Origin: Candidatus Micrarchaeota archaeon
GTDB taxonomy: Archaea; Micrarchaeota; Micrarchaeia; Micrarchaeales; Micrarchaeaceae
Assembly: GCA_027327295.1 (NCBI GenBank)
Contig: DAHWAI010000015.1
Span: 1 to 37,128 of the forward strand
DNA: 37,128 nucleotides
Direction of reading: 5' to 3'
The notes under the pieces were generated by a model. It had not been told where the DNA came from. It did no database searches and saw nothing but the letters and a program-made list of their open reading frames with translations. Shown here in pieces: positions 7,852 through 15,217 of the stretch. Positions within the stretch are counted from its first letter, which is position 1. Each line of letters opens with the position of its first letter. A program made the translations under genes and the position numbers.

Positions 7852-8406
7852 CTATTTCTTTGGTTCCTCCTTGCCCTTGCCTGCCGCCGCACCCTTCTGG
7901 AGCACGGCCTTCTTCATGACGCCGACTGTAGAGCCTGTCCTGCCTGTGCTTCTGGTGCGCTGGCCGCGCACCTTCTGACCGAACTGGTGACGCATTCCGC
8001 GCCACACTCTCAGCGTGACGTCCCGGGCCACATCCTGCCTCGTGTTGAATATAAGGTCGTTACCAACAACATGTATGTCCTTGCCAGTCTCGAAGTCGCC
8101 GTGCCTGTTGAGTAGATATGACGGCACGCCGTACTTTGCTGGCTCCTTTATCAGTGCTTCGAGCTTCGTTACCTGGTCCTCGTTGAGCGAGCCTATTTCC
8201 GTGCTTGGGCTTATGCCGAGCTTTCCGTTGGCGACGAATGTCAGAGCGCGCGCCATGCTGAAGCCTATGCCCTTCACGTGGCCCAGCGCCCTGGCTATCG
8301 GTAGCGAACCGTCGACGTCCTTGCCCGCTATGCGGACGATGGACGTGGCTTTCCTGCCTTCAGGCCTGCGTGGGCCCTTCTTTTCAGGTTTCTGTTCTTC
8401 AACCAT
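7852..8406 (-). CDS. rps13: 30S ribosomal protein uS13
   Basis: IVRIAGKDVDGSLPIARALGHVKGIGFSMARAL...RVWRGMRHQFGQKVRGQRTRSTGR. It is the first gene of the S13-S4-S11 cluster. Confidence 0.9.
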   Translation of the reverse strand: MVEEQKPEKKGPRRPEGRKATSIVRIAGKDVDGSLPIARALGHVKGIGFSMARALTFVANGKLGISPSTEIGSLNEDQVTKLEALIKEPAKYGVPSYLLNRHGDFETGKDIHVVGNDLIFNTRQDVARDVTLRVWRGMRHQFGQKVRGQRTRSTGRTGSTVGVMKKAVLQKGAAAGKGKEEPKK

Positions 8407-8661
8407 GTAAGCACCAAGACGCCAGGGCTGGGATATTCAGCAGATGCTTTTGAACCCAGATGGCTCAAAGAGCCATACGCTTCCAGGCACGCAACCATTT
8501 CCAGGCGTACGCGTTACCGGTTTCCGCCACCCTGGCACAGAAGGTAGTATTGACGCGCGCCCTATTAAAACATTTGCCTGTGGTTCAAAGCCGTTGCCGA
8601 ACAGTAGCACTCGGGTCTTTCTCTTCACTCTGCGCATAAAACATATAAATACGTTGCGGAG
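8407..8661 (-). promoter_or_regulatory. long non-coding region upstream of rps13: TATA-like boxes plus a GC-rich structured leader candidate
   Basis: 255 nt with no credible CDS. On the minus strand there is TTTATATG at 8642-8649 and TTTTAATA near 8565. A 7-bp hairpin lies at 8460-8476, ttccaggc is repeated at 8481 and 8499, and the palindrome gcgtacgc lies at 8505-8512. Confidence 0.3.
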
Positions 8662-10206
8662 CTACGCGACCGCCTCTCCCAGGATGCGCCTGGCCTCAGC
8701 TGGGCCTATAAAGTAGAGGAGCTTCCCCATCCTCGGGCCGTTGTCCTTGCCTATGAGCGCAGTATACAATGCCTTGAAGAGCTCCGGGGCAGGTATTTTG
8801 CTCGACTCTGCGACGGAATATATTAGGTTGTGTATAGCGACGGCGTCCATGCCCTCCTTGAGCGAAGATGCGAACGCGGCCACTGGTTCCTTTCCAGTCT
8901 CCAGCTTCGTCGGCTTTATCGAGAAGTTGTACTTATCAGGGGCATATCCCTGGCGAAGCCACTCCTCTATGTATGGCGCCATATACGCAACGCCCTCGGG
9001 GTCGTTCAGCTCCCTGCCCACTTCCTCCCAGTCCCTGTGCACCTGGTAGTTCGTTAGTATGTCTACGAACGGCGCCCTCCACGCGAGTTTTCCGACTGCG
9101 AGCCTGTACGCCACCACCTTCTTCTCGTCAGCCCTGCTCTCCGGCTTTTCGAGCCTTGAAATGCGCTCGAGGTCGTCGTACACCATCATGAGCTTGTCGC
9201 CGCTCGGGTCCAGGTCCTTGTTCTGCTCGAGGTTTGGCAGCACGAGCAGGTAGGCCAGCAGTTCCGGAGGTATCAGTTTCAGTATGTCCTTCGCGCTTGC
9301 GGCATTGCCCGCCGATTTTGACGCCTTCTTGCCCCTGAATAGTATGAACCCGTACTTGAACAGTATTGGGGGTTCGTAATCAAGCACCTCCTTGTGCATG
9401 GCTATGGCTGTATCCGCGCTTCCGCCGCGGGTCATGTGGTCGATGCCAGAGCCCTCGACGCTGGTCTTGAAGTGCACCATCCACGAGGGCCAGTAGACGC
9501 GCCACTGCAGTTTGTATCTGTGGTCGCTTATCCTGTTCCTGCCGTTGAAGCCGCAACCTTTCGTGTAGCCGACGTCGCGATCGCATGCGTACTCGTACTC
9601 GTCGTCGCTGTGCCGCGTCACTATTGTTGTGGCGACCTTGCCGCACTTCTCGCATATGGGCATTATAGGGCTCCAGCCCGCCATGGCTGAAAGCTCCTTG
9701 AGCGAACTCTTAGCCACGACCTCCTTGACCTTCTGCTCGTCGTGCAGGTAGAGACTCGCGAAACCGTCCATCGCGCCGCTCAGGTAAAGTGAGTCTGCAC
9801 GCACCACGTCTATCTCGAGCTTGAGCGCCTTCATGATTACCTCAGCCTCAGACAGATAATGCTCGCCATATGACTTGTGGCAGCCCATAGGGTCGAGCGT
9901 GTGGGCCAGCGGCTTTCCCAGCTCAGGCGTCAGCACATCGGTGTACTCCTTAAGCTCCGCTGGCACACCGTCGAAGGCATCCATTATGTCGCCGACGAAG
10001 TGCATCTCGGCCTTGCTGCCCAGAGATTCTATACCGCGCTTGAGCACGGCTGGATAGAGAAACTCGCAGACGGTACCCATGTGGGCGGGGCCGCTCGTAG
10101 TCATGCCACCAGTCACGACAAGAGGTGCCTTCTTCCCGCTGATCACGCGCTGCGCCAGCTGTTCTGACCAGTGGGGCACCCCTGTTTTTCGTGTCTCTTC
10201 AATCAT
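8662..10206 (-). CDS. lysK: lysine--tRNA ligase, class I (archaeal type)
   Basis: Class I signature HMGTVCEF (HIGH-like) and KASKSAGN (KMSKS-like). The Cys cluster CEKCGK...C and the 514-aa length are typical of LysK. Confidence 0.9.
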   Translation of the reverse strand: MIEETRKTGVPHWSEQLAQRVISGKKAPLVVTGGMTTSGPAHMGTVCEFLYPAVLKRGIESLGSKAEMHFVGDIMDAFDGVPAELKEYTDVLTPELGKPLAHTLDPMGCHKSYGEHYLSEAEVIMKALKLEIDVVRADSLYLSGAMDGFASLYLHDEQKVKEVVAKSSLKELSAMAGWSPIMPICEKCGKVATTIVTRHSDDEYEYACDRDVGYTKGCGFNGRNRISDHRYKLQWRVYWPSWMVHFKTSVEGSGIDHMTRGGSADTAIAMHKEVLDYEPPILFKYGFILFRGKKASKSAGNAASAKDILKLIPPELLAYLLVLPNLEQNKDLDPSGDKLMMVYDDLERISRLEKPESRADEKKVVAYRLAVGKLAWRAPFVDILTNYQVHRDWEEVGRELNDPEGVAYMAPYIEEWLRQGYAPDKYNFSIKPTKLETGKEPVAAFASSLKEGMDAVAIHNLIYSVAESSKIPAPELFKALYTALIGKDNGPRMGKLLYFIGPAEARRILGEAVA

Positions 10207-10208
10207 AA

Positions 10209-10236
10209 TATCACGAAGTATACTATCACGAAGTAT
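10209..10236. repeat. perfect 13-nt direct repeat (tatcacgaagtat x2, 2-nt spacer) in the tRNA-Lys/lysK spacer
   Basis: Copies at 10209-10221 and 10224-10236 are identical. The 8-nt palindrome agtatact (10217-10224) spans the junction. Confidence 0.9.
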
Positions 10237-10239
10237 GAG

Positions 10240-10314
10240 CGGGCCTGGAGGGATTTGAACCCTCGACTTAAAGGTTAAAAGCCTTCCACTCTAGCCAAAC
10301 TGAGTTACAGGCCC
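10240..10314 (-). tRNA. tRNA-Lys (anticodon UUU)
   Basis: Hand-folded cloverleaf: acceptor GGGCCUG/CAGGCCC, D stem ACUC/GAGU, anticodon stem GAAGG/CCUUU with loop CUUUUAA, T arm GAGGG-UUCAAAU-CCCUC. No encoded CCA. Confidence 0.9.
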
Positions 10315-10336
10315 ACGCATCTAAGATTGCCCGGTT

Positions 10337-10346
10337 AAATATTAAA
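10337..10346 (-). promoter_or_regulatory. TATA box candidate (TTTAATATTT) for tRNA-Lys
   Basis: AT-rich box centred about 27 nt upstream of the mature tRNA 5' end. Confidence 0.45.
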
Positions 10347-10465
10347 GTGTAACCTTCACGTCACCATGAGAAGCCGCGGTCCGTGTAAAGCAGCACCGCA
10401 GAAGCCGCGACCGAAACGACGAACGCATAGAGGCATGTTTCTGCATCTTTTCCTCTGTCAGGCAT

Positions 10466-12538
10466 TTATATTATTTTAGTTCTGGCCAGCAACAATGAAT
10501 TTGTCACTACTGTGAAAGAGCTGAATGCCATCGCCAAAGCGGCGAGCATTGGCAAGATGTTGTACACGCTTATTGTGAGAATAGGTATTAGCGCGCCTGC
10601 CGCGATCGGAATCAGTATTATATTGTAACCAAACGCCCAGAAAAGATTCTGTCTTATCTTTGACATCGTCCTCTTTCCGAGCTGAAGGGCCACGAATGCA
10701 TCGTAGATACTGTCTTTCATCAAGATTATGTCGCCGGCCTGTATTGCAACATCTGTACCGGCACCTATAGCTATGCCGACATCTGCCTTTGTAAGTGCAG
10801 GTGCATCGTTCACGCCATCACCAATCATAGCGACTACATTGCCCTCCTTCTGCAGCTCTGCTATCTTATCAAGCTTGTCTTTGGGCTTTACTTGGGACAT
10901 CACATGCCCTATGCCCAGGCTCTTTGCAACCGCATCGGCGACCTTTTGGTTGTCCCCTGTCGCAAGCCATATGCTGTACCCTGCATTTTTGAACGAAGTT
11001 ATTGCCTTCCTGCTGTCCCCCTTGAGCGCGTCGGATATGGATATAAGACCGATTGTCTTTTCGCCTTCCCCTATTATGAGCGTTGTTTTGCCTTCAGATT
11101 CGAGTTCCTGCAGTTTTGCTTCAAGACCTGAAAGTTGCGCATTATCAAATAGGTCTCTGTTGCCAACAGTTATTTTTTTACCACTCTCGGTAAGCGCGGT
11201 TACTCCACTGCCCTGGATGTAAGTGAATTTCTTTGGAAATTCGCTCTTGATTTTCATGCTCTGCGCCTTTGAGATGATGGCCTTCCCAATTACGTGTTCT
11301 GAATTCATTTCGGCTATGGCAGCAAGCCTTATAACTTCTGTTTTGCCATATCCGGCAGCTGCGACTATATCCGTAACTTCCGGTCTTCCGTTTGTAAGTG
11401 TACCTGTCTTATCCAGCACAAGTGCAGTAACCTTGCTTGCTTTTTGCAGGCTTTCACCGCTCTTGACGAGTATTCCGGCTTTTGCTGCCCTCCCTGAGGA
11501 AACTAGCAATGCCGCAGGGGTAGCTATCCCAAGAGCGCAGGGGCATGCTATGATCAGAACGCTGACAAATATCAGAATTGCAGTGTTTACACCTACGCCT
11601 CCAAAAATGTACCACGATAGGGACGCTAAAATACCCACGAGCACCACTATAGGTACAAAATAGGATGAAACCTTATCGGCAAGCTTCTGTATCGGCACCT
11701 TGCTTGATGCAGCATCCTTTACTATCTTTATTATCTGCGCAAGTGCAGTATCTTCGCCTACCTTTGTGGCCTTGACCCTCAGCGGGCTTGTTAAATTTAC
11801 AGTGCCTCCAATTACCTTGTCCCCGACCCTCTTGGTCAGAGGCATGCTCTCCCCGGTAACCATAGACTCATCGACAGAGCTTTCTCCATCTATGACTGCC
11901 GAATCGGTAGGTATCTTCTCGCCAGGTTTTATTAACAGGATGTCACCCTCCTTAACCAGTTCTATAGGAATGTCCACCACCTTGTTCCCTTCAAGCCTAT
12001 GCGCTATCTTTGGCTGCAGCGCTATCAATGCCGAAACCGCGGTTGATGCCCTTGATTCTGCAAGCCTCTGCATGTATGTTCCTGTAAGTATCAGCGAGAT
12101 TATGATTGTGGACGTGTCGAAGTAGATGCCGCCAGTAGGGAAGATTGATGGAAATAGGGTTACTACTGTGCTGTAGGCCCAAGCCGCGCTGGTGCCTATT
12201 GCAATCAGCGTATCCATGTTAGCTGATTTGTTCTTTATCGCATCCAGAATGCCGGCGTAGAACCTCTGCCCTGCATAGAACTGCACTATGCTTGCAAGAA
12301 GCAGTATAACATAATTGCCATAGCTCAGATGAAGTACATATGTAAGAGCGGCAACGATTATTGTGAGGGGCCATGAGACCAACAGTGAGGTCTTTAGGTT
12401 CTTCAGTTCCTTCTCAGGCTTCTCGAACTGTAGCTTGCAGGCAGTACTGCAGAAATAGTACTTGCTGCCGCCCCTCTCGCTTGTCAACGCGGAGCTCTTT
12501 TCGTCAACGTACATACCGCATACTGGATCGTTTGCCAT
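10466..12538 (-). CDS. copA: Cu(I)-translocating P1B-type ATPase (CopA-like) with an N-terminal TRASH/YHS metal-binding domain
   Basis: DKTGTLT phosphorylation site, CPC in TM6, YN (FGYNII) and MxxSS (MAFSS) Cu(I) signatures, [12 protein letters not shown]. The N-terminus [12 protein letters not shown]...[12 protein letters not shown] has the C-x(n)-C-x3-C TRASH pattern. The first ATG is at 12538. Confidence 0.9.
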   Translation of the reverse strand: MANDPVCGMYVDEKSSALTSERGGSKYYFCSTACKLQFEKPEKELKNLKTSLLVSWPLTIIVAALTYVLHLSYGNYVILLLASIVQFYAGQRFYAGILDAIKNKSANMDTLIAIGTSAAWAYSTVVTLFPSIFPTGGIYFDTSTIIISLILTGTYMQRLAESRASTAVSALIALQPKIAHRLEGNKVVDIPIELVKEGDILLIKPGEKIPTDSAVIDGESSVDESMVTGESMPLTKRVGDKVIGGTVNLTSPLRVKATKVGEDTALAQIIKIVKDAASSKVPIQKLADKVSSYFVPIVVLVGILASLSWYIFGGVGVNTAILIFVSVLIIACPCALGIATPAALLVSSGRAAKAGILVKSGESLQKASKVTALVLDKTGTLTNGRPEVTDIVAAAGYGKTEVIRLAAIAEMNSEHVIGKAIISKAQSMKIKSEFPKKFTYIQGSGVTALTESGKKITVGNRDLFDNAQLSGLEAKLQELESEGKTTLIIGEGEKTIGLISISDALKGDSRKAITSFKNAGYSIWLATGDNQKVADAVAKSLGIGHVMSQVKPKDKLDKIAELQKEGNVVAMIGDGVNDAPALTKADVGIAIGAGTDVAIQAGDIILMKDSIYDAFVALQLGKRTMSKIRQNLFWAFGYNIILIPIAAGALIPILTISVYNILPMLAALAMAFSSFTVVTNSLLLARTKII

Positions 12539-12596
12539 CGATTCACATACAGTTTTTACCAAAAGCCAATTAATAAAATAGTAGGCTGAATACTAG

Positions 12597-13997
12597 ATGA
12601 TGCAGAAGAAAGGGCTCAAAAGAGTGCTTGGGTTTAAAGAGGCACTGACAATCAACCTAGGAGCCATAATAGGTGCGGGAATCTTTGTAATCATAGGAAT
12701 TGCAGCATTTGATTCCGGTCCGGCTCTCATACTCGCCATCATAATTTCAGCCATTGTGGCAATGCTCACAGGACTTAGTTTTTCCCAGATTGCCACCAGG
12801 GTGCAGAAGGAGGGAGGTTCTTACGAATATGCAAAGGAGACGCTCAACCCATTTTCAGGGTTTGTTGCAGGATGGATGTGGACTTTTGGGAACATCATTG
12901 CAATCGCTGCGGTTGCAATAAGCCTCGGCGGATATTTCAATGCACTTTTCCACACCTCTTTCCCGACGGTTTATCTTGCAATAATAGCCATAGTTGCATT
13001 TGCCTCGCTTAATATATTCGGAATCAAGAATTCCGCGAAAACCATTGCGTATCTTGTAGCGGTGAATATTGCAATACTTGTTATTTTCATTATTGCTGGC
13101 CTTACAGACTTTCACGCCGGAAACTTCTCTGGTTTCTTTGACAAGGGTTCGGGAGGGATTCTTTCAGGTGCAGCGCTCATATTCTTCGCATTCACAGGTT
13201 TTTCAAGAGTCACAACAGTAAGCGGCGAGGTCAAGGATCCGGAAAAGACCATACCGAAAGCCATAATCTACTCGATCTTTATTTCGTCACTTCTGTATGT
13301 GGCAATTGCCATTGTGCTCATGGGTCTGGTTCCAGCCTCAGCGCTTTCATCCTCATCATCCCCTCTTTCCTTTGGAATTTCTGCTTTACACAATACTTAC
13401 CTGGATGTAATAATCGCAATTGGGGGAATCATTGCAACTGCAGGGGTAACGCTGACGGGCATACTGGGCACCTCGAGGGTCCTCTTTGCAATGTCCAGGG
13501 ATAATGAACTGCCTGGGAACATCTCAAAGATAGATAGGTTTTCCACGCCAGTTTATGCCATAATAATCTCTGCGGCGCTTGGGATAATATTCATAACATT
13601 TGTATCATTCGTGACAATAGTTGAGGCGGCCAATGCATCTGTGCTCATCGCTTACGTAATAATCAACTTTGCAGCATTTTATCAGAGGTATGTTAAGGAC
13701 AAAGTCAGCGAAAAAGCCACAGCACACAGCAAGATTCTTGGAAGATATTTCGTTGTTGTTCCATTCCTTGGGATTGTAACCATATTTATGACGTTATATT
13801 TCCTGAAATTTTACAGCATAGAAGTCTCCGGTATTATACTTACCATTGGAATAGGCTATTTCCTTTTAAAACTGGGGCTTGAGTATATAGGAAAGAAAAG
13901 AAAAGCGCGGGAACATGTGCCTTACTACAGCAGGGTAAGGGAGTTCGGAAAAAGCAGGGATATGTTTCCCGTTAAGGAGGAAAAAATGACAGTTTAG
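12597..13997 (+). CDS. APC-superfamily amino acid/polyamine permease
   Basis: 466 aa with about 12 TM helices. The N-terminal G-rich helix LTINLGAIIGAGIFVIIG and the FAFTGF motif are typical of APC transporters. Confidence 0.8.
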   Translation: MMQKKGLKRVLGFKEALTINLGAIIGAGIFVIIGIAAFDSGPALILAIIISAIVAMLTGLSFSQIATRVQKEGGSYEYAKETLNPFSGFVAGWMWTFGNIIAIAAVAISLGGYFNALFHTSFPTVYLAIIAIVAFASLNIFGIKNSAKTIAYLVAVNIAILVIFIIAGLTDFHAGNFSGFFDKGSGGILSGAALIFFAFTGFSRVTTVSGEVKDPEKTIPKAIIYSIFISSLLYVAIAIVLMGLVPASALSSSSSPLSFGISALHNTYLDVIIAIGGIIATAGVTLTGILGTSRVLFAMSRDNELPGNISKIDRFSTPVYAIIISAALGIIFITFVSFVTIVEAANASVLIAYVIINFAAFYQRYVKDKVSEKATAHSKILGRYFVVVPFLGIVTIFMTLYFLKFYSIEVSGIILTIGIGYFLLKLGLEYIGKKRKAREHVPYYSRVREFGKSRDMFPVKEEKMTV

Positions 13998-14107
13998 CAT
14001 CTTCCTGGCGGCGGCGGGTCTATGGACCATCCATAGCATTCGTTTGGCGGGGCCATACTCTTGTAGTGCAACTTGTATATGCTGCACTGGTACAAAGCCC
14101 TATCGGC

Positions 14108-14251
14108 TTACTCATCCCTGGCATATTTCTTCGGTTCTTTGTCGAAGTTCTGCTTACAATTCACAGAACAAAAGGCATATGTCTTACCCATATAACTGCT
14201 TTTAAACTGGGACTTTTCATCTACTTCCATCTTACATACAGGGTCTTTCAT
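14108..14251 (-). CDS. standalone TRASH/YHS-domain metal-binding protein (putative copper chaperone)
   Basis: MKDPVCKMEVDEKSQFKSSYMGKTYAFCSVNCKQNFDKEPKKY has the same C-x(n)-C-x3-C pattern and DPVC.M.VDEKS opening as the CopA N-terminus. An upstream ATG at 14302 is an alternative start. Confidence 0.7.
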   Translation of the reverse strand: MKDPVCKMEVDEKSQFKSSYMGKTYAFCSVNCKQNFDKEPKKYARDE

Positions 14252-14366
14252 TTTATCACCGTGACATTCCTTTAGCAATAGATTGTAGGGCTTCCAAAGC
14301 ATTATGATTGGCCATCTTGAAACATCAGACAGTATGTAGCAGTATGTTAATTTAATGTTAATTAAG

Positions 14367-14438
14367 CGCCCGAAGCAGGGATCGAACCTGCAACCTAGTG
14401 GTTAACAGCCACTCGCTCTACCATTGAGCTATTCGGGC
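14367..14438 (-). tRNA. tRNA-Asn (anticodon GUU)
   Basis: Hand-folded cloverleaf: acceptor GCCCGAA/UUCGGGC, D stem GCUC/GAGC, anticodon stem AGUGG/CCACU with loop CUGUUAA, T arm GCAGG-UUCGAUC-CCUGC. Confidence 0.9.
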
Positions 14439-14486
14439 ACGCTGTGCGAAATCTATTTGCTTAGCATGTTTTTTATGCGTTGCCTC

Positions 14487-15209
14487 TCAGAGCTTCGAGC
14501 CGTCGGGCCTGAAGCCCGGAGGAGGCTCCGCAAGGTTTACGATGCGTACGTAGAAATACTGGTTGTCGAAGGGCTCGTCCGTAGCTTCTACCTTGTCGGA
14601 ATGCGAGCTGTAGCGGAAGAAGCCGTGCGCGCCTTCAATCTCGAACTTCGCGAAGACAAACCATGGAGGCTCGTCCCTGCCTGCCATCAGGTCGAACGTG
14701 CCTATGAATGACTCACCCTTGTACCTGAAGACGTAGACCTTGTCTATCGTCTCGCTGGATATACCCTTGTGCATCAGCGAAGTTATTATTGGACGAGGGT
14801 CGCTTACGCGGAGAAACGCTATCTCGTTCTTCGGCATGGCCTTCTCCCGGTAGGGCTTCGTAAGGAACTCCACCATCTCGAGCCTGTACACCCTGTAATC
14901 GGTCTCACCATGCCGGTCCGTAATCTCTATGCCCTCCTTTGCGGAAGTTGAAGGGGGAGTGTAGATGCAGTACCTGCCTATCCTGTCGCCCTCGGTGTAG
15001 TACATTATGTGGGTGTCATTTATTTTCTCGCCCTCGGCGAAGAGCCTGTAATTCTTGCCATCCTTCAGGGCGAATACTGGCATTGTGCCAGGGGTGAAGT
15101 CGCACAGGTAGCGCGCCAGGTCGAGCTGGCTTGCCACCTTTATGAAGTGTACGGAAAACTGCCGCTTTTGCCTGGAGCCAGCCTTCTTTCTTTTTGCCAT
15201 TTGGATCAT
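14487..15209 (-). CDS. hypothetical protein with a basic N-terminus (MAKRKKAGSRQKRQ); last gene of the surface-module operon
   Basis: 240-aa ORF with an ATG 8 nt after the upstream gene's stop. No TM helix and no recognised domain. Confidence 0.55.
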   Translation of the reverse strand: MIQMAKRKKAGSRQKRQFSVHFIKVASQLDLARYLCDFTPGTMPVFALKDGKNYRLFAEGEKINDTHIMYYTEGDRIGRYCIYTPPSTSAKEGIEITDRHGETDYRVYRLEMVEFLTKPYREKAMPKNEIAFLRVSDPRPIITSLMHKGISSETIDKVYVFRYKGESFIGTFDLMAGRDEPPWFVFAKFEIEGAHGFFRYSSHSDKVEATDEPFDNQYFYVRIVNLAEPPPGFRPDGSKL

Positions 15210-15217
15210 ACCTCAAT

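Larger units (their letters stand above)
10315..14366. other. low-GC compositional island bounded by tRNA-Lys and tRNA-Asn (copper-handling cargo plus permease)
   Basis: Hand counts of single 60-nt lines give 40% (11221), 45% (12601) and 40% (13021) inside, against 57% (9001) and 63% (15301) outside. Both flanks are tRNA genes. Confidence 0.5.

Noticed and set aside
8407-8661. Possible SRP RNA, RNase P RNA or intron-containing tRNA
   Set aside because: GGCGGAAACCGG and GGTTCAAA strings suggested SRP helix-8-like or T-loop-like motifs. However, the segment is too short for archaeal SRP or RNase P RNA. I could not fold a cloverleaf or the conserved SRP helices by hand, and no box C/D pair is present.
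8437-8716. 66-aa (minus) and 90-aa (plus) ORFs in the region upstream of rps13
   Set aside because: Both are basic, Pro/Gly-rich translations without motifs, and the plus ORF runs into the lysK 3' end. I treated the region as non-coding (leader or sRNA candidate) instead.
13998-14107. Two short hairpins (tatgga-cca-tccata and agtgca-N12-tgcact) between the convergent permease and TRASH genes, as possible terminators
   Set aside because: Archaeal termination relies mainly on T-tracts. The stems are only 6 bp and no adjacent oligo-T run is present, so I did not call them as features.
10315-14366. Calling the low-GC island an integrative mobile element
   Set aside because: By eye I found no integrase, transposase, conjugation or phage genes, and no convincing direct repeat of a tRNA 3' half at the distal border. 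Only the short agaagccgcg duplication at about 10370-10415 is present. I therefore kept it as a compositional island only.
14303-14366. Tandem cagtatgt repeat and ttaattaa palindrome as a possible att site or repeat element
   Set aside because: They are very short and AT-rich, and they lie where the TATA/BRE promoter of the TRASH gene is expected. Promoter sequence is the more economical explanation.
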